64,000 bases of DNA from Octopus vulgaris (taxonomy: Eukaryota), in assembly GCA_951406725.2 (NCBI GenBank), contig OX597825.1, forward strand, positions 18,166,001-18,230,000, given 5' to 3'. Below are positions 40,944-55,629 of this stretch, one piece after another. Numbering within the stretch: the first letter of the stretch is position 1; each line of letters opens with the position of its first letter. A model generated the notes under the pieces. It had not been told where the DNA came from and ran no database searches. It saw only the letters and a program-made list of their open reading frames with translations. The translations under genes were made by a program, and so were the position numbers.

Positions 40944-43169
40944 TTGAGGAAGGTAAACTTGGAAATTAAGGAAATAATATTTAAACACCGAATTCAAATG
41001 AGAACTCAGCCGCTTAGCCCTAAGCAACCCAGATTTATAGTGAAGGACCATAAACCGAACTTCCACACCAACCCAGCGCTAAGACTCATATGCCCTGCTA
41101 GATCTGATATCGGGATAATCAGTAAGTACATTTTAGATAAATATATCCCTAGTTTAGTAAACAAGCTGAAGCTCAGCCTCTGGGCCAACTCCTCGCAGGT
41201 AGTGAAGTGGTTCTCTTCCATCCCCAGTAAGAACCGTACTAGGTTCATTCAGTTTGATATCGCCAGCTTCTACCCCTCGATTAACCCTAGTGTGCTAAAT
41301 AAGGCCCTCTGGCATGCTCACAACAAGGCTGGCCTCATCAGAGAAGAGATAGATATCATTTTAGTTGCCAGGAAATCGTTTATTAAGTTTGATAATAAGT
41401 TGTGGATCCGTAAAGATACTCCCAATGAATTTGATGTGCCTATGGGTAGTTCGGATAGTGCGCTGATAGCCGATTTGGTCGGAATATATATTCTCTACGA
41501 ATTGTCCGACCAATTCCCGGAGATCGCGGGCGGCCTGTATCGTGACGATTGTCTGTTTTACCTGCAAAACACCACGAACAGAATAGTGCAGAAAACTAAG
41601 AGCAGGTTAGCTAGGTTTTTTAATAGAATGGACATGAGTATAGTTTTTGATAATGAACTCACCAAGGCCAATTTCCTAGACGTTACACTTAACCTTAATA
41701 GCGACTCATACTGCCCTTACCATAAGCCTTCCACTAATTTGAAGTATGTCAGTGTCTTCTCAAATCATGCCAAAACCGTAACAGACAATTTGGTTAAAAA
41801 CATCTCTCTAAGATTGTCTGGCTTGTCCGCCAGTGCCGATATTTTTATGCAGAAAGCGGAATTTTATAACGCCGCACTATCCAAGGCCGGTTATAGGCAG
41901 AAGGTAATTTATATTGATCCGGCCCTTCCGATGCCATCATTCGGTCATCAGGATAGGGCCGTATATAATAACATTAACATTTTAAGTAAGGACGGGAGCG
42001 CGGTGGATGCCGGGGTAGTCGCTCCCGCATTTAATTTAGCGAACAAGGATAATTATCGGTCCGGGAGGTCTTACACTAACCCAAGACCCGTCATTCATCC
42101 GAGAATCACCCACCCGAATGCGAGAGCTGGCGTCCCGATCCATCACACTGATAGGAATAAGCATATATGGTTTGTAATCCCCTATGGTAAGCAGATTAGA
42201 ACTAACCTCCCCCTCATGTTTAGACAAGCCGTCGCCAATAACTTCCCCAGAAATTCCAAATATTACTCCACGGTTAACTCGCATAAAGTTAGGATAGCTT
42301 TCTCCAACACTAAAAACCTCGCCCAGATAATCGCCTCCCATAATAATAGGCTACTTACTAAGACCCTATCACCTTTTTCCGGAGGCATAGCCTCTTCCGC
42401 TCCCGGTTTAATGCTCAGTAGGAATAATTATAGTAGTAATAATGATATGAGAGCCAGTACAGTGACACATAATCTCAGCTCCAGCCAGGGAGTACCCACT
42501 AGGGGTATAGTTATAAATAGGGGTGTTGTGGTTGACGGTAACAATGGGAGTAGGGTAGAGAGCCCCAATAGCATCCCCAGCATCATTTCCCGCAATAGCA
42601 GCACCACGGGCAGTAGCAATGACAGCACTTTGATAGATAGTGGAGAATCAGGGGTTATTCCTATAGTTAATAGTGACGTAGTGGAAAATAGAGTAGTAAG
42701 CGGCTGCAGGTCTCGGAACGAATATAGTGACAGGAACGCAGTTCTAATTTCAGAAACTAATCCTAGCAGAATTAGATTCACGTCGGCGAACTCCAAGACC
42801 AAAAACGCCGTCTACCAATGCAAGGTTTACACGGACTCAGATGTCTTCACTTATGTAGGGGCCTCATCCTCAAGATTGTCTTTCCGTGTCTCCAACCATT
42901 ACGCAACTTTTCGGGACATGAACAAGCGCCAGACCACGGGACTCAGTAAGCTAATATGGCGACTGAAGGATACGAACTTAAGCTACAGGCCGGAATGGTC
43001 AATTTTGTCGGTGGCCCTCCCATTTGATAGGGGCAGAAGGCAGTGCAACCTTTGTGTCTCCGAACTCTTCCATATTTTGTTTGCCAGAGGCCGGATGGTA
43101 AACGGGCTTTTACAGTCGGCTTTTCGATGCCCCCATTGGCGGCGTTACACTTATCTGGCTTTTAAATAG
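40944..43169 (+). CDS. Penelope-like retroelement polyprotein: reverse transcriptase plus C-terminal GIY-YIG endonuclease, 5'-truncated
   Basis: 741-codon stop-free frame. PLE RT motifs: KDHKPNF...RLICPARSDIG, FDIASFYPSI, PMGS, LYRDD (41538-41549), NFLDVTLNL, PYHKP, SNH, IWF.IPY. GIY-YIG: VYQ...YVG (42810-42860), FRVSNH, LSKLIWRLK, WSIL, CNLCVSE, terminal CPH. Starts at a TTG at the insertion junction, so the N-terminal domain is missing. Confidence 0.93.
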   Translation: MRKVNLEIKEIIFKHRIQMRTQPLSPKQPRFIVKDHKPNFHTNPALRLICPARSDIGIISKYILDKYIPSLVNKLKLSLWANSSQVVKWFSSIPSKNRTRFIQFDIASFYPSINPSVLNKALWHAHNKAGLIREEIDIILVARKSFIKFDNKLWIRKDTPNEFDVPMGSSDSALIADLVGIYILYELSDQFPEIAGGLYRDDCLFYLQNTTNRIVQKTKSRLARFFNRMDMSIVFDNELTKANFLDVTLNLNSDSYCPYHKPSTNLKYVSVFSNHAKTVTDNLVKNISLRLSGLSASADIFMQKAEFYNAALSKAGYRQKVIYIDPALPMPSFGHQDRAVYNNINILSKDGSAVDAGVVAPAFNLANKDNYRSGRSYTNPRPVIHPRITHPNARAGVPIHHTDRNKHIWFVIPYGKQIRTNLPLMFRQAVANNFPRNSKYYSTVNSHKVRIAFSNTKNLAQIIASHNNRLLTKTLSPFSGGIASSAPGLMLSRNNYSSNNDMRASTVTHNLSSSQGVPTRGIVINRGVVVDGNNGSRVESPNSIPSIISRNSSTTGSSNDSTLIDSGESGVIPIVNSDVVENRVVSGCRSRNEYSDRNAVLISETNPSRIRFTSANSKTKNAVYQCKVYTDSDVFTYVGASSSRLSFRVSNHYATFRDMNKRQTTGLSKLIWRLKDTNLSYRPEWSILSVALPFDRGRRQCNLCVSELFHILFARGRMVNGLLQSAFRCPHWRRYTYLAFK

Positions 43170-43754
43170 CGTTTATAAATAATACCGGCACCCATAACCC
43201 TTGGTAACAAATTCTGAAATAGCCTTTAAGATATCTACGATTAACCACTGAAAGGGGAATTACTCCTGTAAGACAAACGGGGCTTGGTTTTTTCACAGCG
43301 GGGGGTTTCCTTGACAAGGCAGGCTTAGATGAGAACACACACACACATAAAACATGATGTATATTTTTTTTCTGCCACCCAACGGTCATCACGGCAGTAG
43401 CCACTGACAGCCGAACGATCAAACGCACACACGTACACAAAAAATGTTTTCTACCCCTACGCCAACACACACGTATATAGAACAGTATACACACACACAC
43501 GTCTCTAAGTAGATTTTTTCTCGCCCCTTATAAAACATCCAATATTCCTTAAATAGTCAAAACTTTATTCTCGGTCACAAAGAACATCTACGCCCCCTCA
43601 CCCACATGATTGACCGATGCCTGACCCGTTGAATTCTTCAGCCACCGGTTCTCAACATACACTGATAAACAGTTTCGCCATGGGCTCTTAGGAGCATAGT
43701 TCGATTTGTTTTTGCTCCGCCTCTGTTCTGTTTTTGTTTTTCCAACGGATTTCC

Positions 43755-43848
43755 TATTTTCTTCCTGAAGAGAAAGACACAATATGGTCCCATTATTCCA
43801 TCGGATTTTGGTAATTTGTGCCTTTCGAAACACGTGTAGAATGAAATA
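43755..43848 (+). ncRNA. Type I hammerhead ribozyme in the PLE 3' region
   Basis: Stem I TATTTTCTTC/GAATGAAATA (one mismatch, one G.U). Core CTGAAGA 43765-43771. Stem II GAAAG-A-CACAA/TTGTG-C-CTTTC. GAAA 43827-43830. Palindromic stem III ACACGTGT. Predicted cut after GUA at 43838. Confidence 0.88.
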
Positions 43849-44055
43849 AAACGATTTCTGTTCAATCTGCGTTCAGCTCCATTTCTTCAATTCACCAATA
43901 ATGTTCTAATTTCAATTATCCGCACCAACGCACGGTTGCAACACCATATGGTTGTACCTCCAACCGTGCTGTTTTACTGCTGTGATTTTTGCTACTAAGG
44001 TATCGGTTAAACTTTTGATTAATCTACTACAAGATTATTCATCTTTCTATTTCAC

Positions 44056-44350
<295 letters not shown>

Positions 44351-44696
44351 AACATTCATATTGCTGCCACAAACGGAGCTCTCTGCCACCAAATTATTAC
44401 CTCTAATTATGAATACTATTTGACCTAATTTTCTGAAGTATCTTTCCTTCCTCTCTTGGAGCCGAAATTTCGAATAGATATCGTATTCTTTGAAATACTA
44501 TCTTTCATTCTTTAACGGAAAGAAACAAGCTTCCCTTACTATCCAATGAAAACCAACATTATTTAGAAAAGACGTATTCGTCGGAGTAACTTGAAAGTTA
44601 TAGAAATGAAAAGCTACATTTAAGTTGTATTAACGTTTTTTTTGTGCATAAATAACATACTGAGTGGGTTTATAACCATTTGCATATATAATAATA

Positions 44697-44800
<104 letters not shown>

Positions 44801-45086
44801 TATGTTACGTAAGTGAAAGACCATGTTATTCGTTAAAGCTGCCTGAGCAATAATTTGAAACAAACTCATTTTGGTATGTAAGAGGGAGCAGAGGAACTTA
44901 TACAGTGAGTTCATACAAGACATACACACGTACACGCAGACAGCCGGACGGAAGGACATGCATACATACATACAGACAGACATACTTGGATACATACATA
45001 CAAATATACAGACATACACACAAACACACAGCCAGTGAAACTCGACAGACAGACAGAGAGAAAGACAGACAGACAGACAGACAGAC

Positions 45087-45133
<47 letters not shown>

Positions 45134-45167
45134 CATATAGATAGACGGATAGACAGATAGATAGATT

Positions 45168-45245
<78 letters not shown>

Positions 45246-45373
45246 AAGACAGATGGATAGATAGATAAATAGACAGATATATATATATATATATATGTAG
45301 ATATAGATCGATAGATAGATAGATAGATAGTAGATAGATAGGTAGATAGATCGATAGATAGATATATATATAG

Positions 45374-45448
<75 letters not shown>

Positions 45449-46283
45449 CATTTGATACATACTCAATCGTGAAGTACAAATACAAAATGGCTTCAAATGT
45501 CTTGTAGAGCAAATTTAATGAGCTTAAGTAAATTCTTGATATTTTCTTCTGTTCAAAATTCTTAAACCAACTACATTCTCAGCTAATTAACACATCTAAC
45601 TCTTACTTATTAGAAGCTGACAAAGCGTTGTTTCATATATGTACACACATATATACACACACATCTATATGCATATTTACATGCATTCTTACATATATCC
45701 AATAGTATACACGCATTGATATTCGCATACGTATGTGTATGTACGATTGTGTGTATACGTATATATATATATATATCTGTTCCATTTAGTTCCAAAGACA
45801 TGTAGGAAATACTTAATTGGTAACAGAATACTCGTTGTTTTCAGTTACTTCTGCTCCGCTCAAGCAAGTTTTTCTCTCCAGGTCACTTTATCCAACTTCT
45901 CTATTCCGCTGTCTCTTCATTTGTATCTGCATATACACATTGCGCATGTGCATCCTTATGTATTTCTTGAATTCAATGTGTGTATTTCTTGAAGTCCCTG
46001 CATCCGCATATATTTTGTGTGTATCGACGTTACATATTCACATACACACACACACACACGCAGACACACACGCACACACACGCACAAACACACACACGTG
46101 TGTATATTTGTTTATGTATATATGTATATGGATGTATGTATATGTATGTATATAAATATATGTTCTTATATAAGTATATATATATATATATATGTGTGTG
46201 TGTATGTGTGTGAAAATATTAGCTGATCTACTGCTCTTCTGTGTTGAAACTTTACTACATTATATAAGTGTGTGTGTGTGTAG

Positions 46284-46346
<63 letters not shown>

Positions 46347-47136
46347 AAGAGACAGAGAGACGCATGTATATACGTATGTATGTACTAATTCATACGAAAT
46401 CGTATGATCTATTTTTTATGACTAAAATTATAAAATTATTCTTATTTATAGCCTGTGCTATATAGGTTTTGTGGAAATTAGTATTAATAAGAAATGTATG
46501 TATACGCATGTAAGTCTGCGTAAATATGCGTGTCTTTTCCTGCATGTGATACTAATTTAAATATTAGTCTGAGAATGTAATGTGTGTGAAAGCTGGATGG
46601 ATATAAAATGATAGACATTTTAATACTGAATATATTTTAAAACGTGAAAATTATATATTTCATATCACCTTTATGAATATGTACTTTTTCAAGTCTGCAT
46701 ATTACATCATTAGGTGCTATTATAAGCGGTAACATGTCTGCTTGCTATATATATTTTTAAACATGATGGCGATCAATCTGTATAAGCAGTGAGAAAGGAA
46801 CCAATAACTGTCAAGTGGAGACGTAATTTACAGTGAGTAGTCATAGAATTCTGACCTTGTTTCCTTTTATTCAACCAGACGAATGAATTTATCATGCATA
46901 TGTGTGTGGGCGCGCCTGGTTGTATGAGTTCAGATAGACAGATAGATTATGGATATGTATGTATGTATGTATATATGTATGTATGTATGTATTTATGTAT
47001 GTATGTATGTATGCACCTATACAAACTAGTGTGGTAAGAAATTTGCTTTCCGACAGCATTGTTCCGGATTCAGTCCCACTGCGTGAGAAAGACACACAAC
47101 TGGGAAGGAGCAGAATCAGGAACGGACACATATACT

Positions 47137-47216
<80 letters not shown>

Positions 47217-47327
47217 TGTAGTAGATATATATATACTGATAAAAATATAGAAACATAGATATGTACAGATATATATAGAGAGAGACATGGAGAGAGTGAT
47301 GTGTGCATATATATATATATATATATA

Positions 47328-47656
<329 letters not shown>

Positions 47657-47825
47657 ATTTATGTATTTGTGTGTGCGCGAACGCGCCTATAATCGTATAG
47701 AGCGACATGAAGTACGATTATTAGAGTTTTATAATTATTCTGAACACATCTAGGTAGGTTCGGGTCCAAAATATGCTGGTGGGTGGTGTTTATGTCGTAC
47801 GAAAATAAATTCTTCTTTTACAACG

Positions 47826-48105
47826 ACACCTTGTATGTTTAATGGAACAATCTGCTCGCGAAATTTACGTTCAAGACGCTGAGCACTCCCCAGATACGCA
47901 TAATCTTAACATGGATCTCAGGGAGTTTCAGCATGACAAGGAATGTGACAAGGCTGGCTCTTTTGAATTACTGGTGCTACTCATTTTTGCCTTTTGAGTG
48001 GACTGCAGTAATATGAAGTAAAATATATTACTCAAGGAGAGGATCCTTCGCCAAGAATCGAACTCACGGCCTTACGACAATGAGCAAAATACTCTAAGCA
48101 CCAAT
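47826..48105 (-). mobile_element. Decayed SINE family B
   Basis: CTGCTCGCGAAATTTACGT...GCTGAGCACTCC...GTGACAAGGCTGGC...ATCGAACTCACG. Another decayed copy lies at about 22185-22480 (+). Confidence 0.65.
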
Positions 48106-49171
48106 CCATAGATGCATGCGTGTGTTTTTGTTCGTATGTGTGTGTCACTGTGTGCGTGCGTGCATGTGTGTGTATGTGTATATGTGTGTGTGCGTGTGTG
48201 CATGTGTGTGTAGACATAATGTGTGAGATGACTGGAAACATGTTTTTGCAATATTTTAGTCAGGACTGAAAGCTGCAAGCACTGACGAACAACCTGACTC
48301 GAATGCTTTAAACAGAAAAGATTCCATCATAATAAGTAAGGAGCCATACATGACGATTTTTAAGTCTTCCACACAATTAGGCCGTGAGGGCATCTTCATT
48401 CAGAATGCAAAGTTTCGGAACAAGTACTACATTGTAGCCGGTACTAGGTTATTATTTTTGCTTCAATCAAGCTACATGGATTATCAAATTACTATAATCT
48501 CCGAAAGGGGTGAAAGGCAACATAGAACTCGGAGGCAATATGTACTCAGAGTCGGAATATATACCACGAAGCAGTCTACACGATACTCTAACCTTCCAGC
48601 CACTTCGCACAACCTTGCAAATGACCTAATATTTGTGCATGTGATAAGATACGGGCCAATGAGGAAGCCACTTGGACGTCAATCATCTTGCTAAATATAG
48701 AAACAAATCTAAAAATAATATTTTGAAATATGACCCAATGCTTATGGTTGGAACTGCTTTGGTTATATGTCTACTCAATCATGGCTGCAGTCTAATGACT
48801 GAAAGAAGTAAAGGATAAAAGGATAAAACAAATAAAGGATAAAACAAGTAAAGGATACAATATATATATGTTTTTTCGGACAGTTTCCTTCTGTCACATT
48901 TTATTCACAAATTAATGGTGAGCTCAGCAGTTAGGTTGAGCACACAGTCTTATGGTTGGAGAGGGAATCTCGCAGCCACACAGCTTCGTATTCATCACAT
49001 CGTTCACTAAATATCTCCTCTAATATACTTGTATACTAGAGGCACAGAGCTAGCTTTTCAGTGGGTGGTAGTCACTTACATCGACCCAAAACTTCCCTTC
49101 GTATTTACTTAATCTACCCTGAGAGGATGAATAGCAACGTCGACCTCAGCATCATTTATAATCAAAGTATA

Positions 49172-49405
49172 TATTTCTTTACTACCCACAAGGGGCTAAA
49201 CACAGAGGGGACAAACAAGGACAGAAAAATGGATTAAGTCGATTACATCGACCCCAGTGCGTAACTGGTACTTAATTTATCGACCCCGAAAGGATGAAAG
49301 GCAAAGTCGATCTCGGCGAAATTTGAACTCAGAACGTAACGGCAGACGAAATACAGCTACGCATTTCGCCCGGCGTGCTAACGATTCTGCCAGCTCGCCG
49401 CCTTT
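49172..49405 (-). mobile_element. SINE family A, young copy nested in an older related SINE
   Basis: TSD TTTATAATCAAAGTATA at 49155-49171 and 49406-49422. The flanks at about 49040-49490 are a decayed relative. Confidence 0.9.
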
Positions 49406-49998
49406 TTTATAATCAAAGTATAAGTATGGAAAAAATGCCGCGAAACACTTTCAACGGCAGGCTTACGATTCAGCCATTTCTCCATCTTCAGACGGCATCT
49501 AATATAATAAATATTACAAACGTATAATAAACATTACAGAAGTAGTATGGATATTTTAAGAATGTTTGGAAGTAATATTATGTAAATAAATCGATTACGT
49601 AGAAGTCTTTTGCTAACTATTAGATAAGAGAACCATGCTTCATGTGTTTACATATTTCGTCTAATAATTGGTAATCGATACGGATAATGATAATCGGAAT
49701 TTTATCTAGAAACATATCCAATGTAGAGAAGTAGAACACTTTGATCTACAATGGCCTGGAAAAACGATATTACATAGAGAAAGCAACTAGTGTGGCTTAA
49801 ATTATTAGTGACTCTCCATGGAGTGGTATGCCTCATAACTGTTTTGCATTTGAAAAATACGAGAAGTTGAGCGGATCCAGAAATAGTATCTACAAATACA
49901 AATGTTTATATTAAGTATATAAGGAATCGAATTATAGAGAGATTACCTTTAGTCCACATAGATAAGAAACTCACATCGAATAGGTACTTATATTGTTT

Positions 49999-50401
49999 TA
50001 TCTTTTATCTGTTCTAGTCATTAGGCTGCGGCCATGCTGGGGCACTGCATTGAAGAAATTCTTCTCGATTGAATCAACCCTAGTTCTTGCTTTCTTTTTC
50101 AAGTCTGATACTTGTTTTCTTGACCTCTTTTGCTTTACCGCTATGTTACGGTTACACAAAGACACGCACGCTCACACACACTCAGAGATACATACAAACA
50201 CAGACACACACTTAAACACACACATACACACATATATACTTCGGGCTTATTTCAGTTTCCATATACCAAATCCACTTACAAGTCTTTGGTCGGTCCGAGG
50301 CTATAGCAGAAGGCAATTTTTCCCGAGGCGCCATGCAATTGAACTGAACTCGGAATCATGTGTTGGGGAAGCAATCATCTCACCACACAGTCACACCTGC
50401 G
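49999..50401 (-). mobile_element. tRNA-derived SINE family C
   Basis: Same organisation as 3962-4347, with an internal (CA)n-rich spacer. Confidence 0.75.
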
Positions 50402-50497
50402 CTGGTTTAATAATTCGACTCATACTGTATGTAAGTAAATGGTCTACGTTTTGGTGTACGACAAGCTCAGTATTATCGTTTCTTTATTATTTCTGTA

Positions 50498-51128
50498 GCG
50501 GCGAGCTGGCAGAAGCGTTAGCACGCCGGGCGAAATGCTTTGCGGTATTTCGTCTGCCGTGACGTTCTGAGTTCAAATTCCGCCGAGGTCGACTTTGCCT
50601 TTCATCCTTTCGGGGTCGATTAAATAAGTACCAGTTACGCACTGAGGTCGATATAATCGATTTAATCCGTTTGTCTGTCCTTGTTTGTCCTCTCCGTATG
50701 CAGCCCCTTGTGGGCAGTAAAGAAATAGGTATTTCGTCTGTCTTTACATTGTGAGTTCAGAAACCGCTAAGGTCGACTTTGCTTTCCATCATTCCGGGGC
50801 TGACAAATTAAGTACCCGTTGCGTACTGGGGTCGATTTAATCGACTGGCTCCCTCCCCCAAAATTTCGGACCTTGTGCCTAGAAAAGAAAAAAATTATTT
50901 CTGTAGCGAAAGGCGGTAAGCTGGCAGAAGCGTTAGCGCTCCGGACGAAATTCTTAGCGGTAGTTCGTCTGTCTTTACGTTCTGAGAACAAATTCGGCCG
51001 AGGTCGACTTTGTCTTTCATCCTTTCAAGGCTGACAAATTAAGTACCAGTTGCATAGTGGTATCGATCAAATCTACTGGCTCCCACACCCAAAATTTCGG
51101 TCCTTGTGCCTAGAGAAGAAAAGATTAT
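50498..51128 (+). mobile_element. Tandem cluster of three family A-related SINE units
   Basis: Full unit 50498-50727, headless unit about 50728-50895, full unit about 50910-51128. ATTATTTCTGTAGCG occurs at 50486, 50894 and 51124. Confidence 0.85.
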
Positions 51129-51495
51129 TTCTGTAGCGAAATATAAAATTTATATGTATTGTATTAGCTTGATTATGGAACCACAGTCATTGACGTTCTC
51201 TTAAAAGCATTTATACGTTTTTCTAATAACGGGATTCATGGACATTTAGCAGTAAATGGAAATTGTGTGTATAAGATTCACCTCACCAGCACTAAACGAT
51301 GCAAATGAGAACATAACTGAATGAAATTTATGTGAAGGAAAAATTCCTCCCACTTTACGAACGAAATAATGAACTTAAGTGAGCAGTTCATCTCACTGAA
51401 CGCTTAAGATTAAATATCAAAAGATTAATCGATGGAAACTACTACCAATGCAACCACCATCAATGCCACTATCACAACCACCAAACCCACCACTA

Positions 51496-51594
<99 letters not shown>

Positions 51595-51710
51595 TACTTT
51601 CTACTATATGCACAAGGTCTGAAATTCGAGGGAGAGGCGTTAGTTGATTTCATCAGCACCAGTGTTTCACTGGTACTTAATTTAACGACCCCGAAAGGAT
51701 GAATGACTTA

Positions 51711-51791
<81 letters not shown>

Positions 51792-51801
51792 CAGTAGTAG
51801 T

Positions 51802-51885
<84 letters not shown>

Positions 51886-52254
51886 GGTGGTGGTGGAGAT
51901 GGTTGTGGTATTGGTGGTTTTGGTAGTAGTAGTTGTAGTACTTGTGGTAGTAGTATTAGTATTAGTAGTAGTAGTAGTAGTGGTAACTGTTGTTCTAGTA
52001 GTATTAGTAGTAGTAGTAATAAATTTGGCTCAAGGCCAGAAATTTTGAGGGCACGTCGTTTACATGGAACCCATTAGTTAAGTTGTACTTCATCTTGTCG
52101 AACTCGAGAGATGACCCCGGGGGAATTAGAACACAAACGGAGAAATGCCACCAAAAATTTTGTCGAACGGCACCCTCAACGATTCTACTACCTCACCACC
52201 ACCACCACCACCACCACCACCATAATAATGATGATGATGATGATAATATTTTCT

Positions 52255-52665
52255 TCATTGACCACAAGGACAAACTACAAAACAAAAGGGCAATACAAAA
52301 ACAAGGGTCACATGGAGGGTTAACATATAAATACGTATAAATAAAACAATAAGAATTACCAACAAAATTTAATGAATAAAATCCTCAAAATGGAGGAAAT
52401 CGACCCAGAGGCAATCAAGCAAAACCCACACATCCTGGTCACCCTGACCGCGAAGGGCAATCAATGCAGGCAGCGCTCTCTTCCTCACCTCATCCGGCCT
52501 AAGGGCGTGTGTTCAGAAAGGTCAATTTACACGAACCATTCTTGCCACATTCACATGCTTTTAAACGAAAATACTGGGAAGAAGGGGAGGAGAACAACCC
52601 TTTCTCTCTTCACCCCTCACTTTCTGTTTCAAGTGGAACTTGAAAAAGTCGACCTGGCTTTGGCC
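52255..52665 (-). mobile_element. L1/Tx1-like LINE 3' fragment
   Basis: Minus-strand frame GQSQVDFFKFHLKQKVRGE, followed by a T/GT-rich 3' UTR ending in A-rich sequence. Embedded between trinucleotide microsatellites. Confidence 0.5.
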
Positions 52666-52689
52666 AATAATAATAATAGTAATAATATG

Positions 52690-52749
<60 letters not shown>

Positions 52750-54060
52750 GAGACAACACTATTATTAATGTTCGATCCCAGAATTCCCGGAGATCCATCC
52801 ATGACCCTGAATCAATTGACCTATAATTCTATTTTTGAATTCCCCATAATTGCGAGAGATATGAATTAAGAAATATTCCGAGAGATTTTACGTCTGATTT
52901 CATGGCACGGGATTAAAACGCTTCTATTTATTCCTTTTATTTATTTTATTTATTTATTTTTATTTCTACTTAGCTGCCACATAACGATATCTAGAAAGCA
53001 ATGCTTTTACATTCTCATCAAAATCATTTAATTGGAATGTTTAAAGATTTAAATCGATCATTTGAGCAATAATAAACCGCCACCAATCACAAACCAAGAA
53101 GAGTCAAACAATAAATAAATAAATAAATAAATAAATGAATAAATAAATAAATAAAAAGAGTATGGAACATACAAATGCACACATATATATATATACCCAC
53201 CGCAAACCATTGATAAACACAGAGAGTTCCAACGCTAAAACATGAAAAGACACACTGAGCATAATTGCTATATTTTTAATTAAATTTAACTTAAGAACAA
53301 CTATAAATCTGTTCTCTACATGTCAATCTTCTCTCTTTTTTACCCGTTATTTAATTAATATTTTCAATTATGAACCCACTTAGACTACGAATAAATGACA
53401 ACTCTATTGAGGTTTTATGCTTTTTTTATAACCATTTTCGCCAGAGATTTAATTTTCTAATGATTTTTACATTTATTCTTTCCCGCATTAATTTATTCTT
53501 TGAGGAACCGTAGTAATTTCCCCAGTGGTACTTAATTCATTCTAAAGAATATGGCCTCTTTAACATCAACCAAAGAAAAAATGTCATTGATACTGAGAGT
53601 GAAAAAAAAAAGCAATGAACTTACTTCGTTAAAGATTATTTTAGTTTGACAATAACTATTATGTTTACACTGTTATATCACAAATCTCTCTTCGTTTTAC
53701 TCCGGCTTGTACATACGCATATATGTATATATAAAATATAAACAGAAATATACAAACACATATGATTTACATAGTAATATAGATATATTAAATAACATAC
53801 AAAACAGCTTATAATTTTCTTTGGTTTCTTTTTTCTATACTTGATCATATATAATGGCCTCAGAACTTGAGACAAGGCCAGTGTTTTTAAGCATTGGCTT
53901 AATTTATAGCTTTGTTGTCGATCCTCAGAAAGATGAAAGGCTAAGATGACCTCGACTTCATTTGTACTCAGAAATAAAACACCAGACCAAATGCCACAAT
54001 GAATTTTGCCTGCGTTTTCAAAACACACACATGCATGTATGTACATATATATACATATAG

Positions 54061-54127
<67 letters not shown>

Positions 54128-54134
54128 TATACAT

Positions 54135-54165
<31 letters not shown>

Positions 54166-54173
54166 CACACTCG

Positions 54174-54242
<69 letters not shown>

Positions 54243-54487
54243 GAACAGGTGTATACATGTAAACCTACTTACTCACATACACACTTATGATAGAGAGTGC
54301 ATTTGTTATTTGGAACTGAATATAACTTGGTTAAGGAAATCTGTATCAAATTAGGAAACGTTACAGTGGAATTCATCTAGTACAACGAAATATATTGAAT
54401 ATTGAATTATTTGCGATTATTCATAGTACTGAAATCATTGAATGAATGTATATCATACATATACTATCTCTCTCACACACACACACA

Positions 54488-54518
<31 letters not shown>

Positions 54519-55449
54519 TTGTATATATATAAGTATTGAGGATTTAAATTTGTATGTATATGTACGAAAATCAAGCCGCGGAATCTATTGGTGAAGCTGT
54601 TGTTGATAAATATTAGTTCGTATATCATCAGGTAAATGATGACTTTTGGTGAGCTGTGGTAAGGGTTGACGATTAACTATTCAATGTATCTGATTCGAAT
54701 AGAAAGTATTTATAGTGGGAATAATTAAATTCCTATGATATAGTGGTATGGCTGCGATTCTGCTAGCTTACCGCGTTATATTCTTGACCATAACATAATA
54801 ATAAACAGTTTTGCGAAGGAATTTAATTTGAATCAATTAGAATTTCATCTGCTCTTAACTCACAGTTCCCTGTGAGTTTTACTCTCCTACTATCGTAAAA
54901 GTTTTGATTCTTCACACTATAAAAACGTTTCATTGGATTCGGGTACACTTAATATTTTATCTCTTCCTCTTACCTCTGCTCACCAAAAGTTACCATTTAC
55001 GTAATGATATACAAACTAAAATTTATCAACAACTTCGCAAATATTGTACATGGCTTCCTTTTCGTAAGTTTAATTTCAAATCCGTAATATTTCTACCTTA
55101 TAATTATATCGATTTCCTCATACATGGCATAGAACTTACACGTATACTTACATGATGTACATGCATTCATTTCAGTTCTATAAATATTCGCAAGTAATTC
55201 AATACTCAACATATTTCGTTTTAATAGATAAATTCCGCTATAATGTTTCCTAAGTTGGTACAGATTTACTTCAACGAGTGGAAGTTATTTTTAGTTCCTA
55301 AGAACAAATATTCACTCTACTAAAAGTGTGTATCTGTGTTTATGTTAATTATATATATATATATAATTTAATTATTTATATAGATATATATATATATAAA
55401 ATTTAATTATGACAATCCCAAAATATAGAACTGACAATAATAACAATAA

Positions 55450-55629
<180 letters not shown>

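Noticed and set aside
42036-42802. Antisense ORFs within the PLE
   Set aside because: Shadow frames of a more GC-rich coding strand with no motifs.
40944-43169. Naiad/Chlamys-type selenoprotein PLE, telomerase or bacterial retron/group II RT
   Set aside because: The endonuclease is C-terminal, there is no in-frame TGA, and the motifs are PLE-type.
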